Origin: a bacterium
Lineage (GTDB): Bacteria > Patescibacteriota > Minisyncoccia > Phycocordibacterales > UBA5272
NCBI GenBank assembly: GCA_043778525.1
Contig: JAYWGA010000013.1
Coordinates: forward strand, 1 to 35,195
Direction of reading: 5' to 3'
Length of the DNA: 35,195 bases
Part shown: in pieces, positions 18,771 to 27,620 of the stretch
Layout of the letters: every line of letters begins with the position of its first letter
Numbering within the stretch: the first letter of the stretch is position 1
The notes under the pieces: model-generated
The model's input: only the letters and a program-made list of their open reading frames with translations
The model's database searches: none
Told to the model about the DNA's origin: nothing
Translations under genes and position numbers: made by a program

Positions 18771-19262
18771 TCAATCCTCCGTGGAAAGATCTCCCACAGT
18801 CAGATACAAAGGTGTATTAAAGAGAGGATCCCCACCACATCTCTGAATAGCATCTGCCAGACGCCCATGTCCACTTTGCATTCCGCATTCGAGATATTCG
18901 TCAAGAATAATGCACATAAAGTGCCGCCTAACATTTATCCTCGGAGCATTCTTGCGAGAACACCACTGATCGAAAGCACCTTCAGAAAAATGCTTCCAAG
19001 CACTTTTGTCGTCAGTACGAATGCCTGCAAATGGCGCATTTGCCAGCGCACACACAAGCTCATAGAATTCTTCTGCTGAAGGATTCTTTGGCATCTCTGC
19101 ACGATATTTCAAAAGAGCGGCCCTTATCAGGTTTTGCCCACCTTCGAGTTCACCTGCTAGCTGCACTAGCGCATACTCGATAGTTTTTGTCGCTTCATCA
19201 TCTTGAAGGCGGCAAAATTCATAAAGCATTGCGGTGGCAGTCATGTTTTCAACTTTTTTCAT
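18771..19262 (-). CDS. Hypothetical protein, compositionally atypical (G+C-richer) orphan
   Basis: 163-aa ORF with the SD-like GAGGAG 8 nt before the ATG (minus strand, about 19271-19276) and a TGA stop. No signal peptide and no recognisable family. Confidence 0.55.
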   Translation of the reverse strand: MKKVENMTATAMLYEFCRLQDDEATKTIEYALVQLAGELEGGQNLIRAALLKYRAEMPKNPSAEEFYELVCALANAPFAGIRTDDKSAWKHFSEGAFDQWCSRKNAPRINVRRHFMCIILDEYLECGMQSGHGRLADAIQRCGGDPLFNTPLYLTVGDLSTED

Positions 19263-19472
19263 TATGTAGACTCCTCATGTTAGATTAAGATTTAAGATTT
19301 CCAAGCTCAGTCATTACCAAGCCCACTAAAAAGTACAATAACACAAAAACGCATAAAAATCAAACAGTTTTTGACCAAAAACTTTTCCCCGCGCTCCCCA
19401 AATTGTTCACACTTTCGCGATAGCATGTTTCCAGTCTTTCTGTATTATAATTTACTTATAAATAAGTAAATT

Positions 19473-20921
19473 ATGATAGATTACAAAAACAGCACAGCAG
19501 GAGGAAATATAAGCACCAATAATATGGAGCGAAATCTGGAAAAGAAAAACAGAGTGCCACCCCAAAACTTAGAGGCTGAGATAGCTATGCTCGGTTCCAT
19601 TCTTATACGCCCTGAGGTATTGCATGACATCATGCCTTTTTTTAGACCTGCATACTTTTATGCCGAAAAACATAAAATAATCTACGAGGCTATACTTGAG
19701 CTATTTGAAAAACATGATCCAGTGGATGCGCTCACGGTAGCCAATAAACTAAAAGATAGTAAGATGCTGGATGGTGTAGGAGGACCCGACTATATAGCCG
19801 ACATAGCAAGTAGCGTGAGCTCTAGTAGTAGCGCTGAGTTTTTTGCAAAAGATATATATAAAAAAGCCACGCTGCGACAAATAATAAGTGCCTCACATAA
19901 AATAGGCGAGCTAGGATTTCAAGAAGATAAAGAACTGGCTTATATACTAGAAGAAACAGAAAAAGCGGTGTATGATGTGACACAAAGAGAAACCTCCGCA
20001 CGCAAATCTTTTGTAGAAATAAAAGACACACTCGAAGAAGCCTGGAAGCGTATAGAGCGTATGCATGAAAAAAGCGGTGAACTGCGTGGTGTGACGACAG
20101 GGTTTAAAGAATTAAATAATTTACTTTCTGGCTTTCAAAAATCTGATCTCATCATACTTGCTGCTCGCCCATCAGTGGGAAAGACTTCACTAGCGCTCGA
20201 CTTTGTACGCCATGCAGCGGTCGGAGCAAAGATACCTGTGGCCTTTTTTTCACTGGAAATGAGTAAAGAGCAGCTAGTAGACAGGCTAGTCTCTGCCGAG
20301 TCGCGCGTGGACTCCTGGAAGCTACGCACTGGCTCAAAGCTGCAAGATAGCGAATGGGCACATTTGCAAGAGTCACTAAATCGTCTTTCGGCTGCACCGA
20401 TATTTATAGATGATGAGCCAGCCATCTCGACTGTCGGTATGCGCAGCAAGATACGCCGTATGATGTCAAAGGCGCCTATTGGTCTTGTGATAGTCGACTA
20501 TTTGCAGCTCATGTCCTCTGTCAAAAACTATGACTCAATGGTAAATCAAGTGACAGAAATATCTAGGTCTCTTAAAGGTATAGCAAAGGAGTTTAATGTG
20601 CCAGTGGTCGCCCTCTCACAGCTATCACGTGCCGTGGAGGCCAGAGGTGGCAAGCCAAAACTATCTGACCTACGCGACTCAGGCTCGATAGAGCAGGACG
20701 CCGATGTGGTGATGTTTATACATCGTGAAGACAGGACAAAGTCAGCCATAGACAGAGTGGACGGTCCGATAGAAGCCGAGATACTAATTGAAAAACACAG
20801 AAATGGACCGACAGGTGGAGTAAAGCTGCACTTTGATGATAGGAAAACTACTTTCGTATCGATAGATCGCCAGTTTGGCGACTTTGCCCCACCGGTGACA
20901 AAAACGATAGAAGAGTTTTAA
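19473..20921 (+). CDS. dnaB: Replicative DNA helicase DnaB
   Basis: 482 aa. Contains PPQNLEAEIAMLGSIL, Walker A ARPSVGKTSLAL, FSLEMS, IVDYLQLM, SQLSRAVE, DLRDSGSIEQDADVV and EKHRNGPTG. Confidence 0.95.
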   Translation: MIDYKNSTAGGNISTNNMERNLEKKNRVPPQNLEAEIAMLGSILIRPEVLHDIMPFFRPAYFYAEKHKIIYEAILELFEKHDPVDALTVANKLKDSKMLDGVGGPDYIADIASSVSSSSSAEFFAKDIYKKATLRQIISASHKIGELGFQEDKELAYILEETEKAVYDVTQRETSARKSFVEIKDTLEEAWKRIERMHEKSGELRGVTTGFKELNNLLSGFQKSDLIILAARPSVGKTSLALDFVRHAAVGAKIPVAFFSLEMSKEQLVDRLVSAESRVDSWKLRTGSKLQDSEWAHLQESLNRLSAAPIFIDDEPAISTVGMRSKIRRMMSKAPIGLVIVDYLQLMSSVKNYDSMVNQVTEISRSLKGIAKEFNVPVVALSQLSRAVEARGGKPKLSDLRDSGSIEQDADVVMFIHREDRTKSAIDRVDGPIEAEILIEKHRNGPTGGVKLHFDDRKTTFVSIDRQFGDFAPPVTKTIEEF

Positions 20922-21038
20922 AAGAATTTACTTTTAGCAACAAAAGATGTATTATTTACAAATACAACGAGGAGTGAAAAGACCCTTGCTCTTTTTCTGA
21001 AACCAACAGGCCATGTGCCTACAAAAAGGAGATTCACC

Positions 21039-21494
21039 ATGCTTAATCGTATTATTTTGGCTATCACCTTCTTTCTTTCTTTTTCTTTTTTTGGTGCAAT
21101 ATCTACTGAGGCAGAAGGTCTTCCAATTTGGAAAACAGCTTTATACAAGGCTTCTACAGAAGGAAAGATCCAAGCGGATATTTTTGAAGAAATTCTTGTC
21201 CAGCTAAATGATGGACAAGCCCCAACACCTAAAGATATCAGTAAACTAGTGCAGCAAGAAAAAATACTAGAGGCTGCTATCAAGGATCTTATTCAAGAAA
21301 TAAAACATGAAAAAGAGAGACTTCTTTTTATCACCACTTCTGCTTGTAAACAAGTTGAGGCTGAGATTTGCAAAAAGGAAAAAGCTTCTCTTCAGGTTTT
21401 TTATACTGAGATTGAAAAATCAAAAGATTATACCTTATCCATTATTTGGCTTTTGGAACAGACTCAAGGCTTTATAGATAGCCTGAGCATATAA
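21039..21494 (+). CDS. Hypothetical secreted coiled-coil protein
   Basis: ATG at 21039 is preceded by AAGGAG. Starts with the signal peptide MLNRIILAITFFLSFSFFGAISTEA. I trimmed the track ORF (21015..) to this start. Confidence 0.55.
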   Translation: MLNRIILAITFFLSFSFFGAISTEAEGLPIWKTALYKASTEGKIQADIFEEILVQLNDGQAPTPKDISKLVQQEKILEAAIKDLIQEIKHEKERLLFITTSACKQVEAEICKKEKASLQVFYTEIEKSKDYTLSIIWLLEQTQGFIDSLSI

Positions 21495-21500
21495 AAAATT

Positions 21501-21540
21501 GATGGGCGGAGGCTAAAGCCTCCGCCCATCTTCATTTTTA
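21501..21540. terminator. Bidirectional intrinsic terminator between convergent genes
   Basis: GATGGGCGGAGGCT-AA-AGCCTCCGCCCATC (21501-21530), flanked by AAAAAATT upstream and TTCATTTTTA downstream. It sits between the 21039 gene (+) and smpB (-). Confidence 0.7.
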
Positions 21541-21566
21541 TTTAATTTTTAGTAAACATTTAACAC

Positions 21567-21986
21567 TTAACCTTTCCTACTCAAATCTCTTTCTTTCAAA
21601 ATCTCTCTCTTGTCATGTTTTTGTAGCTTTGTACCTATGCCCACTTCTAGCTTCATTAGTCTACCCTGCATAAATATAGCTATCGGAAAAAAATGTAAAT
21701 TGGTGCCCGTACTTAGCGTGGCTAATCTTTGTATTTCTTTTTTAGTAGCTAGCACTCTACGCACGCGATAGGCATCTAGCTTTGGATTATTTTTTAGCTG
21801 ATAGACAGGTATAAAACACCCAAGTAGTAAAAGCTCACCACCCTTTGCTATCACTCTGGCGCCATCTATAGATCCGAGACTGCTACGCAGAGACTTTACC
21901 TCAGGTCCGAGTAACTCCAGCCCAAAAACTAGCCTCTCAGTGATTTTAAACTCCAGTCCTATTTTTCTGTTTTGTATTATAGACAT
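21567..21986 (-). CDS. smpB: SsrA-binding protein SmpB
   Basis: IIQNRKIGLEFKITERLVFGLELLGPEVKSLR and ...LLLGCFIPVY match SmpB. I prefer the ATG at 21986 over the GTG at 22004 used by the track. Confidence 0.82.
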   Translation of the reverse strand: MSIIQNRKIGLEFKITERLVFGLELLGPEVKSLRSSLGSIDGARVIAKGGELLLLGCFIPVYQLKNNPKLDAYRVRRVLATKKEIQRLATLSTGTNLHFFPIAIFMQGRLMKLEVGIGTKLQKHDKREILKERDLSRKG

Positions 21987-22020
21987 TTGCTTACATAATA
22001 ACACAAAAAATATAATTTTG

Positions 22021-22029
22021 TGATATAAT
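22021..22029 (+). promoter_or_regulatory. Extended -10 element (TGATATAAT) for the tRNA-Ser transcript
   Basis: TGnTATAAT match ending 10 nt before the mature tRNA 5' end. No good -35 element. Confidence 0.45.
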
Positions 22030-22039
22030 ATAAAATATT

Positions 22040-22126
22040 GGAGACGTGTCAGAGTGGTCGATTGTACCTCTTTGCTAAAGAGGCAGGCTGTAAAAGGCCT
22101 CGGGAGTTCGAATCTCCCCGTTTCCG
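22040..22126 (+). tRNA. tRNA-Ser (anticodon GCU), class II with long variable arm, no encoded CCA
   Basis: Acceptor stem GGAGACG/CGTTTCC. Anticodon stem CCTCT/AGAGG with loop TTGCTAA. Variable arm AGGC..GCCT. T arm GGGAG-TTCGAAT-CTCCC. Discriminator G, followed by CAA. Confidence 0.9.
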
Positions 22127-22133
22127 CAAATTT

Positions 22134-22544
22134 ATGCTTATTGAAAAAGATAATATTTTTAATGAAGTAAAGGCTCTAGAATTGCCACTCGGGGAATACT
22201 GCGTTGTCGGCGGTGGAGTGCTGTCTGCTCATAGTTTACGTCCTCATGGTGATATAGATTTGTTAATCACAAAAAAGCTACAAGCAGAACTAGAAAAAAG
22301 AGACTGGCAAAAAGTACAAAAAAGAATTGATTTTGAAGTTTTAGTATTTAAAAATGTAGAAGCCAGTACTGACATGGTGACACTAGAAAATTATAAGCCA
22401 AATATAAATGAGGTTATAAAAAAATCTGATATTATAAATGATATACCTTTTTCAAATCTTTTAGATGTAGTTGATTTTAAAAAAGCACTTGGTAGAGAAA
22501 AAGATTTAACTGACATAAAACTAATTAAAAGTTTTTTAAAATAA
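22134..22544 (+). CDS. Small nucleotidyltransferase-fold protein (minimal NTase)
   Basis: 136 aa from the ATG at 22134; the upstream part of the track ORF is the tRNA. Contains a GGGVLSAHSL(x4)GDIDLLI (G[GS]...DxD) NTase signature and a C-terminal ALGREKDLTDIKLI motif. Confidence 0.55.
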   Translation: MLIEKDNIFNEVKALELPLGEYCVVGGGVLSAHSLRPHGDIDLLITKKLQAELEKRDWQKVQKRIDFEVLVFKNVEASTDMVTLENYKPNINEVIKKSDIINDIPFSNLLDVVDFKKALGREKDLTDIKLIKSFLK

Positions 22545-22556
22545 TATTGTGATAAA

Positions 22557-23297
22557 TTACTTTTTATAATGCTGTCTCTCGTAAGCCTTTAAAATATTTT
22601 CAACCAAATCCCTTGGCTTAGACTCATAAGCTGCGAATGTTTTTATATTATCACGCTTTACGTGCAGCTGGCCTTCTCCTGTATTTCCCCTATGCTGGCC
22701 AGCTGAATAATACCTATTTGATTTTACTTCGTCCGAGGACAAGACCCAGTATCTTATAACGTCTCTCCATACTCCCACCCACACAAAAACATCGCAACAT
22801 TTTGGTTTTATTTGTTGAAAATTCATATCAAAAGAGCTTTTTGATTCCCATGAAAGTGCTTTTACATAGAGTGGTTCTTGGCTTTCAAAATCAACAGCCC
22901 TTGAAGCTTTTACTTCAATTTTAATATTTAAACCATCTTTAGATTTACATAAGAAATCATACTCACCGGAATATGATTCATCTATTTTTTTCGTAGGCTT
23001 GATTAGTTCTGGGGCTATTTCTTTTAAATGACCTTGAGCCCATTGCTCTCCAAATCCACGAGGTGCTGAAATTTCGAAAATATATAGATACATATTTCTA
23101 GATATATACTCATCCCTTATTTCCAAATAATCATCTAGAGTAATCTTTTTCAATCCTAATAAGCTAGAAATGATAAACTCATATTCATTAAAAGGATACA
23201 CAGACACAAGGTCATCTAATCTATTTGTTAATTTATCTTTATCTTTTTTTGATAATGAATTTACTATTCTTTCCAGATGTTCTTTAAGTATTTGCAT
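22557..23297 (-). CDS. Putative type II restriction endonuclease (PD-(D/E)xK-like)
   Basis: 246 aa, starting 1 nt after the methyltransferase stop. Candidate catalytic signature GEYDFLCKSKDGLNIKIEVKASR (D...ExK). Otherwise assigned from context. Confidence 0.5.
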   Translation of the reverse strand: MQILKEHLERIVNSLSKKDKDKLTNRLDDLVSVYPFNEYEFIISSLLGLKKITLDDYLEIRDEYISRNMYLYIFEISAPRGFGEQWAQGHLKEIAPELIKPTKKIDESYSGEYDFLCKSKDGLNIKIEVKASRAVDFESQEPLYVKALSWESKSSFDMNFQQIKPKCCDVFVWVGVWRDVIRYWVLSSDEVKSNRYYSAGQHRGNTGEGQLHVKRDNIKTFAAYESKPRDLVENILKAYERQHYKK

Positions 23298-23298
23298 A

Positions 23299-25155
23299 TT
23301 ATTTTTGGTTAAAGCTTTTTATATAATCAATTTCTTGATCAGATAATAATAAATTTTTCATAATAAAATTGTCTAATCTATCAAAACTTTCTTTTCCTAA
23401 AATAATATCATCGGTCTGATTTATAATTTCTGAAATAATTTCATCTTTCCAAATCGGTATAGGCAAGCTTTCGATTTGATTTCTTAAAACTTTAATACTT
23501 GAAAATTTTTTTTGAAAAATAAATTGATATGGTGAAGAGTTTAATATTGCAGCAATTGCTTTTATCGGATAGTTTTTTATTCTAGGAATAACTATATTAG
23601 CACTATTTAAAGTTAGTCTTTGCTGATCGTCATAAGCAAAGACTAGATACTTTGATATAAATCTATAGACGAGTTTTTCTTCTGCTCTGTATTTTTTTTC
23701 GGGTGCTACCTGCTGAAAACTTTCAGGTCTAAACTCAATATAATTTGCAGGAGAAGAAAAAACTATTTTATTTATTTCCTTACCTTTGTATATAGGCTCT
23801 TGGCCATCTGCTTTTTTAGATGTTATAAACTTCTCATTATCTCCTGTGACGATTCCAAGTGCCCAGTCAGCATTACCTTCTAATGTAATATGCTTAGTGG
23901 CGTATATTTTTTCAATTATTTTAAGATCTGAATCTTTTGAATGTATATCAAATATATAGTCTTGGTTTTTTAGCCACTCAGATTGCTTAATTTTGTGATT
24001 ATCACCATTTTGAATAAAAATATCACCCCTGTTATTGCTTTTCAACAAATCTAGCCTAACAACAGGTGTAAACACATTTTTAAAAACCCTATCTAAGTGA
24101 ACAACCTTTTTAATTTTTGTATTATTTAAAATATATTTCCTAATGTCATTGTGCACTTTAACATTTAAAATTGATTCTGGCAGAATAAATGATAAAGCGC
24201 CTCCATCTTTTAATAGATCAACACTTTTTTTAATAAAATATGAAAATGACTCTAGAGAATTTATTTCAGGAAATTTCTTTTTTAATTCTACAATTTCTTC
24301 ATTTGAGAAATGAACACCCCATGGTGGATTTGTTGCTATAACATCAAAGTCTTTTATATTTTCATCATTTAAGCTAAACAAATCAAAATTACCAATATCT
24401 AAAAGAGTATTTTTGCAAACAATATTTGGAGAGAAATTTATTTGTCTATACTGTAAAAGAATGTTGAGCCTGGCAATCCTAACTGCAATAGAATCTATGT
24501 CCGCTCCATAAATATTTCTTGGATCTGTTATTATTTTCGAAAAAGCAAGTATAAACTGCCCAGATCCACAGCAAGGGTCAAAGACTTTAGAATCTGGTTT
24601 AACAAATTCTTTTACTATATCACTTACTATGCTTTCGGGGGTATAGTAAGATCCATTTTTTGATTTTACACCTTCTAATAATAATGACTGATAAAAGGCA
24701 CCTAGAATGTCTGTTCCGTTCTTCAAAGGAATATTTTTAAAAAAGGTAAAAGCTTCTTCATCCACCAAATGACAAACATTTTTATACCAGTCTGTAATTT
24801 CAATTTTAATTTGTTTATTTTTAAAATTAACTTTTTCTATCTTACTTAATTCTAAAAAACTAATTTCTTTTAAAATATTTTCTATTGTAAGCAGTCTCAA
24901 AGCCAATAAGAAAGTGGCAGCAGAGATATCAATTTTTTTTAAGTGGCAAAAATTCAATATACTTAAAAAACTCTCATCTACTTTAATGTATTCATCTGGT
25001 ATAAAAGTTTTAACGGAATTTGTTTTATTTGCTCTATTTTTTAATTTATTTTTCTCATCAATCATCAAGCTTAAATTACCGGTCTTTTCCCAATTTTTAA
25101 AAGTCGCACTTGACATGTTTAAAGAGGGCTTTTCTTTTTGATAAAGATCTTTCAT
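23299..25155 (-). CDS. N6-adenine DNA methyltransferase (Eco57I/TaqI-like gamma class) with C-terminal target-recognition region
   Basis: 618 aa. Contains GSYYTPESIV (motif X), VFDPCCGSGQFIL (motif I) and VIATNPPWG (motif IV), followed by a long C-terminal domain. Confidence 0.85.
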   Translation of the reverse strand: MKDLYQKEKPSLNMSSATFKNWEKTGNLSLMIDEKNKLKNRANKTNSVKTFIPDEYIKVDESFLSILNFCHLKKIDISAATFLLALRLLTIENILKEISFLELSKIEKVNFKNKQIKIEITDWYKNVCHLVDEEAFTFFKNIPLKNGTDILGAFYQSLLLEGVKSKNGSYYTPESIVSDIVKEFVKPDSKVFDPCCGSGQFILAFSKIITDPRNIYGADIDSIAVRIARLNILLQYRQINFSPNIVCKNTLLDIGNFDLFSLNDENIKDFDVIATNPPWGVHFSNEEIVELKKKFPEINSLESFSYFIKKSVDLLKDGGALSFILPESILNVKVHNDIRKYILNNTKIKKVVHLDRVFKNVFTPVVRLDLLKSNNRGDIFIQNGDNHKIKQSEWLKNQDYIFDIHSKDSDLKIIEKIYATKHITLEGNADWALGIVTGDNEKFITSKKADGQEPIYKGKEINKIVFSSPANYIEFRPESFQQVAPEKKYRAEEKLVYRFISKYLVFAYDDQQRLTLNSANIVIPRIKNYPIKAIAAILNSSPYQFIFQKKFSSIKVLRNQIESLPIPIWKDEIISEIINQTDDIILGKESFDRLDNFIMKNLLLSDQEIDYIKSFNQK

Positions 25156-25194
25156 ATACTTAACATAAGTTTAACACATTTCAACTTTTTATTT

Positions 25195-25695
25195 CTAATA
25201 AAAAAAGTCTATACCTCTCTCTATCACCTTTTCAAGACTATCATCACCACAGTCCCTGTCTTGCCCCACTATAAACATGGTATTGTTTTTTTCAGTATTT
25301 ATTTGTTTTGTCACTTCAGCTGTACCACAAAAAAATCCAGTGTCGGTTATTACATCGTATTTTATTATAGAAGTTATTTGTGTTGCATTTGTTTTTAAAG
25401 GGTCAGAAACTTCTGTAATACTTAGATCATTTGCTAGTGAGCAGTCTCCTAGACCGGCTGAGTTGCCTGGTAGGAAAAAGCTTTTTGTGCCAGTAGCTAT
25501 TTTTTCTTTCTTTGCAAGGCATTCAAAAGTACTATCTGCCACATAATAAGCCTGAAAAGAGGATGTGTCTATATTTAAAATTTCTATTTGTTTGATCAAG
25601 AGAGCAAACATTCCAGTCAAAATAGAAACTATGATAGCTGAAAAGAATATTGCAAACATCGATACAAAAGCTTTTTTTTGTTTATTTTTTTTCAT
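25195..25695 (-). CDS. PilX-like minor pilin / pseudopilin-like protein
   Basis: 166 aa. Basic N-terminus MKKNKQKKAF followed by a hydrophobic helix, with no Glu at +5. Last gene of the pilin operon. Confidence 0.45.
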   Translation of the reverse strand: MKKNKQKKAFVSMFAIFFSAIIVSILTGMFALLIKQIEILNIDTSSFQAYYVADSTFECLAKKEKIATGTKSFFLPGNSAGLGDCSLANDLSITEVSDPLKTNATQITSIIKYDVITDTGFFCGTAEVTKQINTEKNNTMFIVGQDRDCGDDSLEKVIERGIDFFY

Positions 25696-25697
25696 AT

Positions 25698-26231
25698 TTA
25701 TTTATTGAAAAGTGATATATTCTTTTTTAAAGTAATCTCCACTGGAATATCTGAGCTATCCACTTCTTTATAAACCCTAGACCTTACTGTGTAGATTTCA
25801 TTTCCGTTATCTTCAATACTTATTTCTCTAAAAAAACTAGTAGGAGTATCCCCTAATCCATGCCTATAAGAGCTTTTAGGATCAGATGACAGTGTATAAA
25901 GAGCGCAAGAATTTTCTACACAGGTTTTTAAGGTAGGTGTGTCGCTAGAGCCATTCCAATCTATACTACAAACACTGGCTCCACAATCTGCGTCTGTGAC
26001 GATATCCACAAACTCAGCATCTGTAGATCCATTTCGCAGGGATGTCATGAGCTCTAAACCCTCTTGAGATAAAGCTATAGCTATTATTCTATCTTTTGTA
26101 AAACTAGCATATTTAAAAGATTTTGAAACAAAGGTAATCGGACCTACTAGCATAATAGAAATAGCTAGGATACTTATAAGGGTTTCTACTATTGTAAAAG
26201 TTTTCAGTTTTGTAGTTAATTTATTTTTCAT
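25698..26231 (-). CDS. Type IV pilin-like (minor pilin, PilV/GspI-like)
   Basis: 177 aa. N-terminus MKNKLTTKLKT|FTIVETLISILAISIML is a class III signal peptide with Glu at +5. Confidence 0.68.
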   Translation of the reverse strand: MKNKLTTKLKTFTIVETLISILAISIMLVGPITFVSKSFKYASFTKDRIIAIALSQEGLELMTSLRNGSTDAEFVDIVTDADCGASVCSIDWNGSSDTPTLKTCVENSCALYTLSSDPKSSYRHGLGDTPTSFFREISIEDNGNEIYTVRSRVYKEVDSSDIPVEITLKKNISLFNK

Positions 26232-26233
26232 AT

Positions 26234-26962
26234 TTATAATATTTGTATTAGCCTTTGTGTGACAGTAGTCTGTATTTGTAGGCTACCCCCGAGCTCACTA
26301 GACAATTTCATTTTTATTCTTACAGTTGGATTTTTTGGATTTAAAGAATTTTGACCTAGTATATCAAAGGAAATAAAATCTAATTTTACACCCTCTGGGA
26401 GCATATTTTCTCCATCTTTGCATCTTCTTTCAAAATTTAAGCCACCATTTGACTGTATCTGAAAAGAGCTTATTTTATAAAGCTTTGAATCTTCCACACA
26501 ATAAGCATTTTGATCTACATAAGAAGTTGGGTTTCCATCTTGTTTTTCAAATAATACAAAGGGAGAGTCTTTTATATTTATGGATATGTCCGAAGTGCTG
26601 GCCAGTACTACGACTCCATTTTCATTTGTACATATTTGCGCTCCCGAAAAATCTCTCACGCACTGCTTTATCACTTCGGCAGATCTTTGATCTGTATTTA
26701 AAATTAAATTATTTCCGTTTCTCTTGTAGTCCTCTTCACTACTTCCAGAATAAGAATAACCGTAGCGCAAATTTCTAGACATATTTTCTATGGTAGTTTG
26801 GGCACTTTGAGACAAAAACATTTGAGCTTGCACCCTAGTCTGAGCTCTTACTAGACTTATAGAAGTACCGATGACAATAGAGATAATAAAACTAAAAATA
26901 GCCAGAGAAACTACTACCTCTATAAGGGAAAAAGCTTTAAATTTATTTTTAATCTTGTACAT
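26234..26962 (-). CDS. Type IV pilin-like (minor pilin, PilW-like)
   Basis: 242 aa. N-terminus MYKIKNKFKA|FSLIEVVVSLAIFSFII with Glu at +5. Confidence 0.68.
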   Translation of the reverse strand: MYKIKNKFKAFSLIEVVVSLAIFSFIISIVIGTSISLVRAQTRVQAQMFLSQSAQTTIENMSRNLRYGYSYSGSSEEDYKRNGNNLILNTDQRSAEVIKQCVRDFSGAQICTNENGVVVLASTSDISINIKDSPFVLFEKQDGNPTSYVDQNAYCVEDSKLYKISSFQIQSNGGLNFERRCKDGENMLPEGVKLDFISFDILGQNSLNPKNPTVRIKMKLSSELGGSLQIQTTVTQRLIQIL

Positions 26963-27620
26963 ACATTTGTCCTGTGGATAATATTATTATTTTTTTATTA
27001 ACTTGTTTTTTATTTTTATCTTGCATAAAAACAACAAGCCTGGCGTGTCCTTTGGTTGGATTTGCAATATCATTTGGAGAATACACATTGGTCTCACCAG
27101 ATTTGCCTGATAAAGTTATTATTTTAGCTTCAGGATTTGGTCTTTTAAATAAAATCAGAGCCTTGCTCACGTCACTATCTACAGTATCCAAACTGCTTCC
27201 AGAAGCTTTGCATTTTTCATCTGCACATATGCCATAGACTTCATAATTTTTTTTGAAAGTAAAAACATCTTTTAATCCTGTTAAATCTGTTAAGGTATTT
27301 TGATTTGCAAAGTATGCAGTAGTATTGTTGCTAGGGTTTATCACTTCTACTCTAGAGACATTTTTTCCTATTTGCACAGACATACCATAGACCATTTTTT
27401 GGCCAGGGTTATTTACCGAGGAAGATCCAAAGCTCTGAGTCTCTCTCATGAAAGATAATAGTTTATAACTCTCAGACGTAGTAGCAAGCAGTGTAGAAAA
27501 ATTGGGATAGGCAGAAATAGAGATAGCTGAGACTATAGCTATGATAGCAATACACACTAAAAGCTCTACCAAAGTAAAAGCGTTTAATTTATTTTTTTTT
27601 AAATCATTATAAATTGCCAT
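26949..27620 (-). CDS. Type IV pilin-like (minor pilin, FimU/GspH-like)
   Basis: 223 aa. N-terminus ...KKNKLNA|FTLVELLVCIAIIAIV with Glu at +5. It overlaps the pilD 3' end by 22 nt. Confidence 0.68.
   Translation of the reverse strand: MAIYNDLKKNKLNAFTLVELLVCIAIIAIVSAISISAYPNFSTLLATTSESYKLLSFMRETQSFGSSSVNNPGQKMVYGMSVQIGKNVSRVEVINPSNNTTAYFANQNTLTDLTGLKDVFTFKKNYEVYGICADEKCKASGSSLDTVDSDVSKALILFKRPNPEAKIITLSGKSGETNVYSPNDIANPTKGHARLVVFMQDKNKKQVNKKIIILSTGQMYVQD

Noticed and set aside
20918-21283. 121-aa minus-strand ORF overlapping the dnaB end and the 21039 gene
   Set aside because: The plus-strand ORF has an AAGGAG ribosome-binding site, a signal peptide and a terminator. The minus-strand ORF has none of these and would need a promoter inside that gene.
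22038-22133. N-terminal 32 codons of the track ORF 22038-22544
   Set aside because: This stretch is the tRNA-Ser gene, which folds as a full cloverleaf. The protein most likely starts at 22134.
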